Origin: Chrysomallon squamiferum
Lineage: Eukaryota; Animalia; Mollusca
Assembly (NCBI GenBank): GCA_012295275.1
Contig: CM022672.1
Span: 13,888,001 to 13,952,000 of the forward strand
DNA: 64,000 nt
Reading direction: 5' to 3'
In this document: positions 1 to 50,652 of the stretch, piece by piece
Position numbering within the stretch: position 1 is the first letter of the stretch
Layout: every line of letters begins with the position of its first letter
Notes under the pieces: model-generated
What the model saw: only the letters and a program-made list of their open reading frames with translations
Told to the model about the DNA's origin: nothing
Database searches by the model: none
Made by a program: the position numbers and the translations under genes

Positions 1-69
1 AATCTGTATTGCGGTGGTTTTTGTAATTTTTGTTGTTACTGCAGTGTGTTAGTTTATTGTTTGATTCAG

Positions 70-206
70 TAAACTGCCAGGGCTGTTATGTCAGCTATGT
101 CAACACTTTCCAGGACGTTGTTGACCACTTACCATATCAGCCGGTAAATCTGATAGCACTTGGAGAGTTTTTAGTTACACACTATGGTATCGTGTCGTCT
201 TCATAA
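70..206 (+). CDS. Putative terminal coding exon of an unidentified upstream + strand gene (xNCQGCYVSYVNTFQDVVDHLPYQPVNLIALGEFLVTHYGIVSSS*)
   Basis: T-rich tract ending TTCAG at 65-69. Open frame 72-203 with TAA at 204-206. High-complexity sequence that is more GC-rich than its flanks, with AATAAA motifs about 80-130 nt downstream. Family not recognised. Confidence 0.4.
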
Positions 207-1889
207 CACCAGTATATAAATTGTATTTGCGTCATTTAAGTGGTTAACGTTCGGTGCCATACAACATGTAGAGGCACTTCAAAATAAATAAATAAATGTA
301 TATAATTATAAATATATTAATGTTATTGATGAAAATAAAAACAGACACACAAACACACACGTCTACACACACACAGTGAAATGAACTGGTTATTATTGCT
401 CTTTCGTTCATTTATTCATAATAAACACATTGATTTCAACTATTTCTGACCTACTGTACTTCTCATGCTGCTTCCAAACGCACACATACACACATACATA
501 CGTACATGCCAACACTAGTTCATCATTTAACCAAAAAATATTTTCCTATAATTTTTTTAATTTTTTTTTTCCCCTCCATATATTAAAAATAATCACCCAC
601 ATCCGAAGTTGGGACGAGCTATAGTTTCTATCCAAAGCAAAATAATATATATATATTTTTTAATGTGGAAATGCAGGTTTAAAACAATTTAAAATCTAAG
701 TAAATTAATGAGTTTCAAGTGCAAAACAACATACAAGTGGTCATGCTCAAATAAAACCGGAAGTTGGTTTGGTCGTATTACGTTTTGTAAAAAATTGTTT
801 ATTATTTGTCTTCCTTTATTATATATATATATATATGTTGTTTGTTATTATCCTTACTTTTATTGTTATTGATAACTTTTTCCTTTCACACTGACACACC
901 TGTAGGTATGTGACAAAATATACATCATTAGAAAGAGCAAAAAGTGCATTTTAAAATGACACCAAGATCTCTTCGATAGGATTGATACGTAAAAAGTTAC
1001 GAATTTTTATCGGAATGAAATTAGAACATATTTTTCCTTCGAAAATATATGAGGAAACTGATTCGTTTTTGTGATTTTGCAACATAAAACACTGAATATC
1101 TCATAGAGTTTTAAACCAGCAAACCTGTATTATATATCAAAATGAGTTCTATCGTTGAACAGTAGCAAGATGCTAATTTCCATTAATTGCACTAATTAGC
1201 TCAAATACACCTTACGTCATAATTATGTAATTCTCAAAAACTCCATAGAAATTAAACCAATATACAAAAAGATCATTTTTCAAGATAACCGAATTAATTG
1301 TAACTCACCCACCATAGACGTAATTCCTGTCCAGAAGTAACACACATACCCACACCCACACACAATAAACAAACAAAACTTTTCATCTTTAGGAAAACAT
1401 TTTATTTTTTAATTTTTTTTTTTTTTTAATAATTAACATGAATACAATATCACTCACAAACTTATTTACAAAAGAAACATTAAGCCCTGACTGTGTGTGG
1501 TATATATTCTGTTTCACACAATCACACACCTGCAAGACACACATAAAATAATTATCTTAATAAATGTATACAAAAAAACCTCTCGGAAGAATAAGCAGTT
1601 CTTGTTGTTTTGTCACCTCGTGCGCCTATCATGAGAGGAACATTATTATAATAATTAATACATGTTTAAAGAGACGAATTTATTGTTGTTTTTTTTTTTC
1701 CCCCTAAAATGCTGTGATTTATGCATGTTAAATAATTACAATACAGTTTTAAAGCATTTAAAACAAGCTTCGTAATTTCGACCAATAGAATTCTACCCTG
1801 GATTTGCGGGGGGAAAAAAGGAAGTCAAATTGTTGATAAAAAACAAAAAAAAAAATATTAAAAAAAAAAAAAAAAAAAAGAAAGAAAAG

Positions 1890-1935
<46 letters not shown>

Positions 1936-2343
1936 GAAAGCAAACGAAAGGTACACGTGAGGAGGACAAAGGAGTTTGATTTACAAATATACAAAAATTA
2001 CGTTGATCAAAACATAAAAAATATATAACATAAACGAGTGATTAAAAACATTTTTTTTTTTCAATATTGCAAATTATTTGAAGTATAATTTAATATTTCA
2101 CAGCAGTTTAATATAGTAACTGAAAACTAATGCCAGTATTTCTCAGAATCGAGTTCTAAAGTCTTCTTTTAAATAAACCCTACATAATAAGCCTCTGGGT
2201 AACACAGAATGAATGGTAGCACGTGTTTCAAACAACTGGTTTCACAAATATCACATCATATTGCATACATTTGGCACTAAATGAAAGAAATTAAGCAAAC
2301 ATGCACGACAGACAAATATTTACATTGAGGCTTCATTAACGTG

Positions 2344-2382
<39 letters not shown>

Positions 2383-3004
2383 CTCATATGAAGTCAGTTA
2401 TTAAACTCTAAAATTTCAAATATTGTTTTGCATGATGAGTAAAAACAATAATAATTATACAACAATTGAAAGATTAAATCTAGAAAAATTCAAAAGTACA
2501 CATTGTGGATGAATTGATTTGTATTAATTTACTATGGCTGAATTTATAAATTAAAAAAAAAAAAATAAATAAATAAATAAATTAAAAGAAAAAAAAAATA
2601 ATAATAATAATAATAATAATCAATAATTAAATAAATAACTAAAAAAACAAAATCATCAGATACATCTGTATCATTTTTATGTAATTATTTCTTTAAATAA
2701 GATATATTATGGTGATGAAATATTTTTCTTAATTAAATACATTTAATCAATAAAAAAAACAGTGAAACAAACAACAATATATTCCACATTTAAATTAAAA
2801 GATTAAAAATTTTAAATCATAAAAAAAACCGTTAAGACCTGCACATGGTATAACAATATTAAAAATGTACCTTTGTACTGCAGATTCTTTCAAAACATTA
2901 AAATAATAAAAACAAACCTTATTACATTTTACATTTATTTAAAAAACGAAGGGAAAAAGAATGTACAAATAAATATTATGTTCATATATTATTTCTGTTT
3001 TCAA

Positions 3005-3106
3005 GTGCAAATACATCTGCTAAAATGGTTGTCAAAAAGCTTAATACAATTATGCAAAGATTAAATGAAACAAATGAAACATCTCTTTTCAGAAATGACA
3101 ACTAAC

Positions 3107-3137
<31 letters not shown>

Positions 3138-3700
3138 TAAGAAATAAGGTATAAGAAAATGAATATAGCATTTTATATATATATCTGCTATAAAGTAACA
3201 TATTCAGTGAATAGAAAAAATATTTGGAGAAATGATCATAAAAGATTTTGATGTTTTAAAGTTGTATGATTAAAAAATGCAATTAACATTGTGTAGGATA
3301 ATGAAATTTTAAAAGAAGTAAATTTTAAATAATTTTTTTTTGTATATATTTGTGATTAAGAAATAAATAAAACATCTATATGTGCTATCAACAAAAATGA
3401 CACGAATTCTTTACAATTATGCAAAGACAACAAAACAGGAAAAATGGCTTCTTAGAACTGATACAAACAAAAAATATATTGTCTCTAGTATACATGACAA
3501 TCAAAATGAATCAAGGAAGAACAAAAGAAGAGAATAAAAATGAAGAAACCACAATGTCAGTGTATATAAGCTATAAAGAAAAATGACAAAAATATGGGTA
3601 CAATTATGCAATGACTTTGTAAGGCACATTTATAACATTTTCAAGGAAAAAACAAAATATATAAAAGCACCGGTGATTATTTCAAACAAGTCATACATTT
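3005..3700. repeat. Degenerate ~185-bp tandem array
   Basis: TACAATTATGCAA at 3045, 3412 and 3599 (spacings 367 and 187). GCTA...AAATG motifs recur with the same period. Confidence 0.6.
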
Positions 3701-6123
3701 CTCTGCAACACAGATGCAGACAGACATCTTGTTTTTGTTGTTGTTGTTTTATTTTTTTATTTTTTATTTTTTTTTTCGACAGCACACCTAGAAAGCCCAT
3801 AATTGATGACTAGAAAGAAAACGATTACTTCTTATATACAGAAGGATTTATAAAAATTCACATATGTACAGCATTTCTGAACAGAAATAAAATTACAAAC
3901 CAAGCATACACGACATTTTGAACAAACAGCACTCTGACCTCAGGATCGAATAAAAAACTTTTAAGGTGCAGTTATCAAGATGCAATTTTTGTGGCATAAA
4001 TAAGTTAAACTGGAATTAACCTTTATAGTAATTTATTTATTTATATTTATTTACTTATGTCTATATTTAGTTATGTTTATTTACTTACGTTTATATTTAT
4101 TTACTTGCATTTATATTTATACACTTACATTTATTTTTATCGATTTATATTTATTTACTTATATTTATTTACTTACATTTACATTTATTTATTTGAGATT
4201 TAAAAAAATATATATATATAATACTCCTCATAAGGTCGTTATTTAATCTGTGATAAACTTTTTAAACTTGTCCAAACTGTAATACTTTTTCTAAGACTTT
4301 TTATCATAATAAAAAAGACCCACTTAAAACAATAAATAATCCTATTTTGTCTCAGTTCAGTAATATATCTAACCTTGTCTAGTTTTATCTAAATAATAAA
4401 AAATATATACATATATATATATATTTTTTATCTAATGCACGATATATATCTAATATCATCTTATCTAAATAATAAAACAGGCTAAAAATATTTTTCATCT
4501 TTTGTTCACTGCCGTGAAATTGCATTTTGAGAATTCACCTTAACACACACCTCAAAGAAATGCATTCATTCATGACTTTGTGCTTTTAAGTCCGAAATCA
4601 ATGTATTATTTCACACGCCATATATTTGTGTGTTTTTTTGTTGTTGCTTTAAATTACTTATAAACATAAGTACAAATATGCACAGTGTATAAACAACAGT
4701 CTGGTTATTTCATTATACATGACAGATAATTAATTTTGTTTCAAATCACTTAAAACAAGTAAAAATCTATAATATGTAAAACAAATTTAAAAAAAAAAAG
4801 TAGATACTAAGTCATATAATTATTTTTTCTGTTTTAAATATATTGTCATATTACACAAGTAACCTATTTATTTTATAAAATTATTTTAACATAAATACAT
4901 TTTCTATAAACAGTACAAACAAACTTGTGTCTACTAATGAGACCAATGGAATTAAGAACCTCCAAAATATATTAAAATACATTTACTAATAAAGTCAAAA
5001 AAATTAAAATTAAAAATTACAATAAACATTTAAATCTTAAATAATTATGCTTAAATAATTATGCTTGTTACATAGAATTATGTACATACAAGGCTTTTAT
5101 TGTTATTATTATTTTTATTATTATTATTATTATTAAGTTTCATCAGTAAAGTATGTAATTTAAAAAAAAAAGTTTAAAAATACTTTTCTCAGATGTAAAG
5201 ATCTATCAAAATCTTTTCTAATCAAACACATTAACTAGTTACATTACTCAACATATTTTTCAAGAAAGATGTGTTTTTGTTTTTTGTTTTTTTGTCTCTT
5301 TTATTGATTGCTTGTTTGGCATAGCAAAAATGTCTAACTCAATGGAAAATATATTGGTTTATAACAATATGTTAAATATAAATCTAAATAAATATAAATT
5401 TTTTAATACATGTGGTTGTTATTTGTTCATTACGTAAATATGTAAAAATAGAGATTCAGTTTAGGAGAATGAAATTTTATTTTCTCCAGGAGTAATAGTT
5501 TATAATGTACATTTTCTTTAAATACTTCACAAATACATATACAGTTATTCACTTTATGGACAAGATATATTTTAAGAATAATTTAATTATCTAAATTTCT
5601 TTCTCAATTTTAGTTATATTTAACTTTAAAGAATGATAAAATCCTCAAAAGACTGAAGATTGTTTTGGTATTTTTTGTAATGGAAGGGAGAAAACTTTTA
5701 CAAAGAGAAAATCCTGTAGAGACTCCATTAAAGAAGATCTTTAATCAGAGGTCAGAAAAGAATCAGAAGTGAAAATAATTACAATTCTGATTGGCTAAGA
5801 GTCAAAGAAAAATAAATAAAAAGTTAGAGCTGTAACAAATTTTGTAACATATTTACCTTTTCATTGTGGTTATTTATTTTTTGAACTTTTAGCATTTTGC
5901 ACATTACATTAAAATAAAAACTGTGTAGGTCATAATTCATATTTCATTTAAATATTCCAAAAATAGTGTAAATAAATTATAATTGTATTCATTTTTTTAC
6001 ATTAAATCTGTTTTTATTGGTAATAAATGTATCTGTTGTGGTTAACTGAGATGTTTCTGACTGACAAAATATAATTCACTGATAACAATAATATAGCTGT
6101 GGTTGTTAAACTGATATTTCTTC

Positions 6124-6160
<37 letters not shown>

Positions 6161-6889
6161 TATTTTTTTCAAAATCTAGGTGCTAGTTATTCCAGAGAAA
6201 AATAACCATGCAGATCACAAAATCATATTTCTCTGAAGTATTTATGACATTAAGTATATTTCTAAAAATCCTTGAGGTTAAAATAAAATAGAATTTCTCT
6301 TTTTATCGAGTTCTTCGTTAATTCACTGTATTGTAATAACAGCATCGTTCATAGAAAAATATTTTACGTTTTTCACTGAAATATTCATAAAATAAACGGT
6401 GTATAAATTAATATTATTTTCAGTGTGGATAAAATATATTTAACATCATCACTGTACACAAACAAAACATTTTGTTTTTTTATTGGTAACAAACAACTTC
6501 AGTCTTGTCTTTGTGGTTAGCTGAATTTTTCAAATCGGTTTGTGTTTTGTTTTTCACTGACCCAGAAATACTAACAGTGTTGTTCACAAACTATTTTGAC
6601 ATTTATGGTCAATATTTCAAGAACTATATTTCTTGACACATGGACTTTTATGACTGATTTTTTGCACATGATATACTTCAACTATTTCACTGTTGAATGT
6701 CGCAGTTCATTGTTTTATTTATTACAAGGTCTGAACAAGTCATTTCATATCAGTCTCATGATGGGTTTCTATTTTACTTATTGTTTGTATCGTTCCTGAC
6801 AAACAACTGTTTTTATCTTCCAGAAGAGGAAGTCAAGTGATCCCACATCATGCCACTTTAAATATTCCTTCTGAAAATTTTCTTCCTTC

Positions 6890-7570
6890 AGTGCAGAGTT
6901 CCTGTTCGAGAGCCCATCTGAATACCCATTTCCATTTGTATTTTTATTTTTTTGCTTCATATATAAAGAGTTTCTGATTGGGAAAGCAATCACATTATTT
7001 CTCGTCAGTTTCACAGTATTTTCCTTCCTTCCACCACAAAGATTTCTCGTCTTAGAGACAGGTCAGTGTCCATTTTCATCTGCCTCAAAGATTTTAACAA
7101 GAGCTTTTAATCCTTCTTGTATAAAGAGTTCTTGAACAGGACATTACTGCGGGTCCCTTTTTATTTGTCGTTGATTCCAGTTTATTTTTCTTCCTAAGAC
7201 CACAAAGAGCTTCAGTGTGAGATCAGTCAATATCCTTTTTCATTTGTCTCAACTTCTAACAACTGCTTTTTTATATATTTCAAATGTAAAGAGTTTCTGA
7301 ATGGGAAACCATTGTCTGTCCATTTATTTCTCACCAATTTCACAGTTTTTCTGCCACAAAACCCCTCCAATCTTAGAAACCAGTTTCCATTTTTATTTGC
7401 ACCGTTTTGTATTTAATTATATAAAACATGTTCTACTTCCTTCTAATATAGAGAATTACTGACTGAGAGATCAAAACTGTCAATCTTTGCCACTTATCTT
7501 CCTCAAACATAGAGTTCTTACCTGAGAGACAACTGAATGTCGGTCTTTATGTTTAATCAACTTCAAAATA
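6890..7570. repeat. Degenerate ~160-bp tandem array just downstream of the Mesh stop codon
   Basis: TAAAGAGTTTCTGA-like anchors at 6964, 7122, 7287 and 7447. CCACAAA anchors at 7034, 7200 and 7354. Confidence 0.7.
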
Positions 7571-7910
7571 TGTTTCTTCTTCAAATACGTTACTATCATG
7601 CAGACAACTTGGTTACCATTTTCATTCATCACCCACTTTTCATCACATGCACTTCTTTTGCAAAATGTTTTGTTTTGCAAAGAAAAGCCCCAAACAATTG
7701 CTGTCAACAGCCTTTTCAGCAAAATCAAAATTCCACCATTAGTGATCTAAATTTTATGATTGCATTACTGAAAGAAATTAATGATACAGCAAATCAGTGC
7801 AAGCTGCCTCCTCGAGCACTGACAAAAATTCTTCATCCAGTGTCCATGACAACAAAAAGTCACCTGGATGTATTGTTGCATTGCACCTCTGAAATTCTAC
7901 AAAGAATTCA

Positions 7911-45153
<37,243 letters not shown>

Positions 45154-45549
45154 TATAATCAAAAATCAGCATAGGGGAGCGGATTGTCGTTCCACATTTG
45201 TATTCTCCCTTAAGCCGCTCTGTCATGTCGCCAGCTGGGTCGAGTGAGACAGCGTTCCCGAGTTCCTGTCCCTCCGACCCCCCAGCACACTCATCACTAG
45301 GTCCGTGCCTATGTTTGTCGATTATCCGACACACGGTTAAAAAGTAATGAAATCAAGCACACAAATATCATAGAACATAATCCTCGGCAAAGGTATCCAT
45401 TACGTTGCGTAGTGTGCTTCGTTGTAAATTCAGAATAATAATTTTATATATAATAAATGATATTAATAATAACAACAGAGAATAACCTGTACTGAAATCC
45501 CGTTCTGAGAACTTAATCTTTCCTCAATACGTAGTTCTCACAGAATGAG

Positions 45550-45860
45550 TGACTGCACACACTGAACTGAAACTGGGTCAGCTGTGTTCGTATTGTACAG
45601 TGGGTGTGGTCCCTTCTACAGCCGACCCCCCGGGTTAAAACAAAAATCTGACTCAACAGTCGTTGATCTAGTCATAATTTATACTCACATTTAAAATTTC
45701 GTTGAATTTCCTTCATGGAATCGCGAGATATTAACAGTTATGTACTCACATAGGCGGAGAGAATTCCCCGGCTCGTCAATGAAATAGACAAATGTACTCA
45801 TGACGTCAGGAGAGAAGCCTACACTGCTCGCGGGTCTATTTTGGTCTCGGTGTCAGGGGC
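45550..45860 (-). promoter_or_regulatory. Putative promoter region of the Mesh-like gene
   Basis: Minus-strand TATAAA at 45683-45678. AP-1 TGACTCA at 45649-45655, CRE TGACGTCA near 45801, kB-like GGGGAATTCTC near 45759-45769, and Inr-like TCAGTT/TCAGT near 45562-45572. GC/CpG-rich relative to flanks. TSS not determinable. Confidence 0.45.
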
Positions 45861-46206
45861 GAGAACTCCAGTTTATCAACCTGTCAAATCCAATCTTTGT
45901 CTTTCTGATTTACATGTTAAAGATGAACGCATAACTGTTCTTTCATGTTATAAACGTACCTTTCGGGCATAGTTAAGTTAAAAAAAAAAAAAAAAAAATA
46001 ATAATAATAATAATAAAAAAAATAAAAATAAAATAAAATAAATAAAAAACAAAATAAAATAATAATAAAAAAAAAAATTAATTTTTTTTTTTTTTTTTAA
46101 TTGCAAGATAAATTTCAGTCTAATTTCAAGTAAATAACTAAACATATATACTCTTATTATTTTTCCTTCTTCTTAAACCATATCGTCATATAACAACAAC
46201 AACAAC

Positions 46207-46265
<59 letters not shown>

Positions 46266-46945
46266 TAATAATAATATACAAACAAGATGAAAGATAAGAA
46301 AAGCAACAACATTAACAACAACAACAACAACAACAACAATAATAGCAACAACAGCATTAATTTATACTGTGGTTTGTATTAAGTATTGGAACGCTAACCC
46401 AAATATTTTTATTTCAAAAGAATTCAATTTTTCAGTATAATAATTTAAAATTTTCAGTTTTTCCATTTTGTTTCTTCTGCTACTAGTAATGTATATAATA
46501 GTAGATGTTGTTGCTGGTTTTGTTGCCGTTGCATAATAATGTTGCATATTTGTTAATAAAACAGCCTTTCTATGGGTAGGTACGTATATAATAAAACAGT
46601 TTGCTTTGAAGCAACAGGTTTTCGCATGTATGTGTAATCGTTTAATAATATAACATATAAACTGACATAAAAATTGTTAAAACTGAGATGTCTATTAAAC
46701 AGTTACTGTATATTATTAGTTCATTAACAGTTTTTAAATGCTATTGTATATGTGGCTGCGTATGTGTGTATGATCTAGTTATATCATCATTATCATAATC
46801 ATCATTTGTTGTTGTTGTTGTTATTATTATTATCTGAGAGACGTATCAATTGTCTAACTGTAAAATAATATATTTTTTGAACTTTAAAATTTACTTCATT
46901 CAGATGAAATATATTGGACAAATGTTATTCTGATAAATAAAATCC

Positions 46946-46986
<41 letters not shown>

Positions 46987-47671
46987 TATATGCGTACAGA
47001 CAGATATTCAGACATATAGACATATCGACATACATAAACATACATATACACTTATACACATATACATATGCGCACACACTCACACACACATACACACACA
47101 CACACACACACATACATACATACATACGTACGTACATACACAGACGCGGACATACATACTAATATAATGTAAAGTGAATGTCACCGATACTCGTGCGTGA
47201 CTTTTCTGCACTGATACGACTGCCAGGCATTACACAGCATTCTCGTTCCTACGCCGCATCAGTGTTTGGCTGCGAGTTGTGTGTGATGCAGTTTATCTTT
47301 ATTTGTGTTCAAGTGAAATGCTGTATCTTTGCTATCTGAAATGTCGTTTAGATCTGCACGCAAACAGCAAGCAGCACTCGACAAGGGGCTGCAGAGACGT
47401 TAACAGCAGCACGATTAGATAGCAACGACGGCAATAATATATATATCCAAATTAAATGATTACGTCATAATGATTACGTCTAACGCAGAAACGCACACAC
47501 CCGGACGCATGCAAACACAAACGAGACAGACGCACACACAGAAAAAAAAAAAAAAAACACACATACAGACGACATACAAACAAACGCAAAAATAGCTAGC
47601 CTTTATTTGTTGACGCCCATCAATTCTGAAAAAAAGTCATGATTACCAGCACAAGCAGCAGTAGTAACAAC

Positions 47672-47733
<62 letters not shown>

Positions 47734-47873
47734 TATGGTATTGGCGGTGTAGTTAATAAAATTGAATCATAAGTAACTAATCTTCGGTTTTAAAAGGATT
47801 AGTATATGGAAGTCAGGCTTTAATTATTACTATTATCATTATTTATTTACTTATTTGTTTGTTTCTCTGTGTT

Positions 47874-47960
<87 letters not shown>

Positions 47961-48888
47961 ATGTTTTATTTATTTATTAGTTCTTACACGAGTATTCGAT
48001 TATTATTTAAACGGTAAATATCCCAGAGGTATATCATTCAATGTATTAATTTTATGGTTTGATTCTCAGTCACAAGTTCAGGAATCGATTAAGCATTTAA
48101 TAGTCTCAATAAACCACAATATATCATTACATAACCACATGAACTTAGATCGACATACACTTAATTTTTAAATCATATACACAAGAGCATATTATATATA
48201 TATAGGTTGTGGGTTTTTTGGGGGGGGGTTCACAAAAGAGAAAATTATAATAATTATACACATGAAATAATTTTTTTTTTTAAACGTTCAATAACTTTTA
48301 TGTTCGTCCGTTTTATGATTTCTTACAGTGAGTTTTGTGTCAGCGCTTTTACGATTATCGAAGTCGTGCTCATGGTCGTGCTCATAGATACAGAGACACA
48401 CGTATTTACACATTTTAATGAAAACCACCATATCAAACCCACTTTGCTCAAGTGTCCACATTGTTGAAGTCATGATAAAGAACAGCATGGCCGCAGAGCC
48501 ACTGTTAAATCATATTTGAACTGCATGACGAGTATTTTTCTGTCAGAGCTGAGAACTGGGTGTGGACACGAAGATCTTGAGCTGAACTGAATCGTGATAG
48601 CAGGGCTCGCAATTAGTGGCTGCTTTAGACGCACATTATTAAAGACGCCGTCGTGTGTGGTAAGAAATGCCACAAACTGATCCATTAGAGGTGCCTGATT
48701 TATCAGTATTTACTGATCAGTGCTTTACAATGTTGAGGGTTTGGTTCTTTTGTTGTTCTTATTAATTTTATTTATTCATTTTGAATATTTTTTTAATTTG
48801 TTTGTTTGATTTTTTTTTTATCTGTATTCATTCATGTGTGTATTTATGTATGTATATATGTATATGTATATGTATATATCTGTCGTGT

Positions 48889-48930
<42 letters not shown>

Positions 48931-49749
48931 TATAATAACGTATTTCATCTAGAGATTTACGTTTATCAAAAATTGTTGACATCGAAACGTTTTGAAAATT
49001 TTTTTGCTGTTTTGATTAATTTGTAATCTCCAAAGACATTTCATTTTTGCCACAGTGTAAGGAAACACGCATAAAACTGATTTTGGTGTTATCCTTCATC
49101 ACATTTGCAAAAAAAAAAAAAATAGTCCTTATGAACAATTATCTGTGCTTTCAGCATTCAAAAATCAGAACCCACCCTCCACATGTCCATGACTGAATAT
49201 TATTTATGTACGATACTCGTGGTTTCTAAGCACAAAGTACAAGCTGACCGTCTGTAAGATTAAATATCTCTTGGCAGTCATATTAAAATGGCCAGATACA
49301 CCTTGTGATGAACTAATTGTAAGAATGTATACGCCCTAACTTAGTTGGCACTTAACAAATTTTTTTTTTTAATAGCGGGAAAATGGGACTTATAATTCAT
49401 CTGTTTTCGTAATATACAACAAAATAATAATAATAATAATAATAATTAAAATAAAATTAGCATAAAAGTTGTAAAAAGTAGATATTGTTAAGTTTTCATA
49501 ACTTTCGAAATTAAATTAAATATAAAAATAACAATAAAGAAAATTATACGTATATATAAAAAACATACATATATATAATTGGTAATTTTCATGACACTGA
49601 ACATTAAAATTAAATTTAAAAATACCAATTTAAAACGATGCAACTATAGCTGAATAATTTTTAAATGTTAAAACTCAAATGCAATTTAAAATAATAACTG
49701 AAAAAACCCAACCAGTTAGCTCTTTTTATCATTATTTCTTTTGCATATG

Positions 49750-49872
49750 AAATTTAATTTAAAAATAATAATTGGTTTATTTTTATAACTTTCAGAAGTT
49801 AAATTTAATTTAAAATAATAATTGGTTTATTTTTATAACTTTCAGAAGTTAAATTTAATTTAAAATAATATA
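49750..49872. repeat. ~50-bp tandem duplication (~2.4 copies)
   Basis: AAATTTAATTTAAAATAATAATTGGTTTATTTTTATAACTTTCAGAAGTT repeated near-identically. Confidence 0.9.
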
Positions 49873-50618
49873 AAAAAACACACAAAAAAACCCAACATAA
49901 TTGCTGTATAATGGTCAATCCTTATATCATTCCAACCTAAAATTTGTTTTAAAAAGCTAACACCTGTTTATACCGTTCTTTTATTTTCTATACATTCAAA
50001 TATAAAAAATTGCAATAAAAAAAAACGAAAATAACATTAATATCTTTTTTCTTTTTTTTTTTTTTTTTTTTTGTAACTACACGTTCTTTTAACGGATCAG
50101 TTTCTCAACAATACCCAAGATTTCCTTTCTTTTTCTTTTTTTTTTTCTTTTTTGTTCTGTTTTTTTACGATCACCCGTATTTCGCTTTGCTCGAGCAACG
50201 CCAAACGTCAGACAATCAAGAGCGATACGTCTAAACGGTCAAACAACACCAAAAAAAAGAGGTTTTTTAAATGCGAGTGGACGATGCTTGAAATGCAATT
50301 TCACTGGCCACCGGATACACCTGGTGACGACTTATTTTCGTCTGACATTACTTCTGCTATCCGAGCGCGGCCGTACGTCTGGTCACCAAGGCATTGAGAG
50401 CGTCAGGGCGTGGTCGGTTTAACCGTATTCATGCATAACCTAATAATGTAACATGAAACCGTTATCGCCTACCCCCTGGGTGCCCTTGCAAGCGAGATAG
50501 AGACCGGGGCCGTACGAAGCCGGTGTCAGTTAAATGCAGCAGGTTAAAACAAGATTTATTGTCCAATACAGGTTATGGTCTTCATTTTTTTTTTTTTTTT
50601 TTTTTTTTTTGAATCTCC

Positions 50619-50652
<34 letters not shown>

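Noticed and set aside
660-1310. Possible DNA-transposon remnant (motifs such as ATACATCATTAGAAAG...AAAATGACACCAAGATC); similar texture at 48930-49200
   Set aside because: It resembles non-autonomous element interiors, but I could not define TIRs or a TSD, so it is not reported as a feature.
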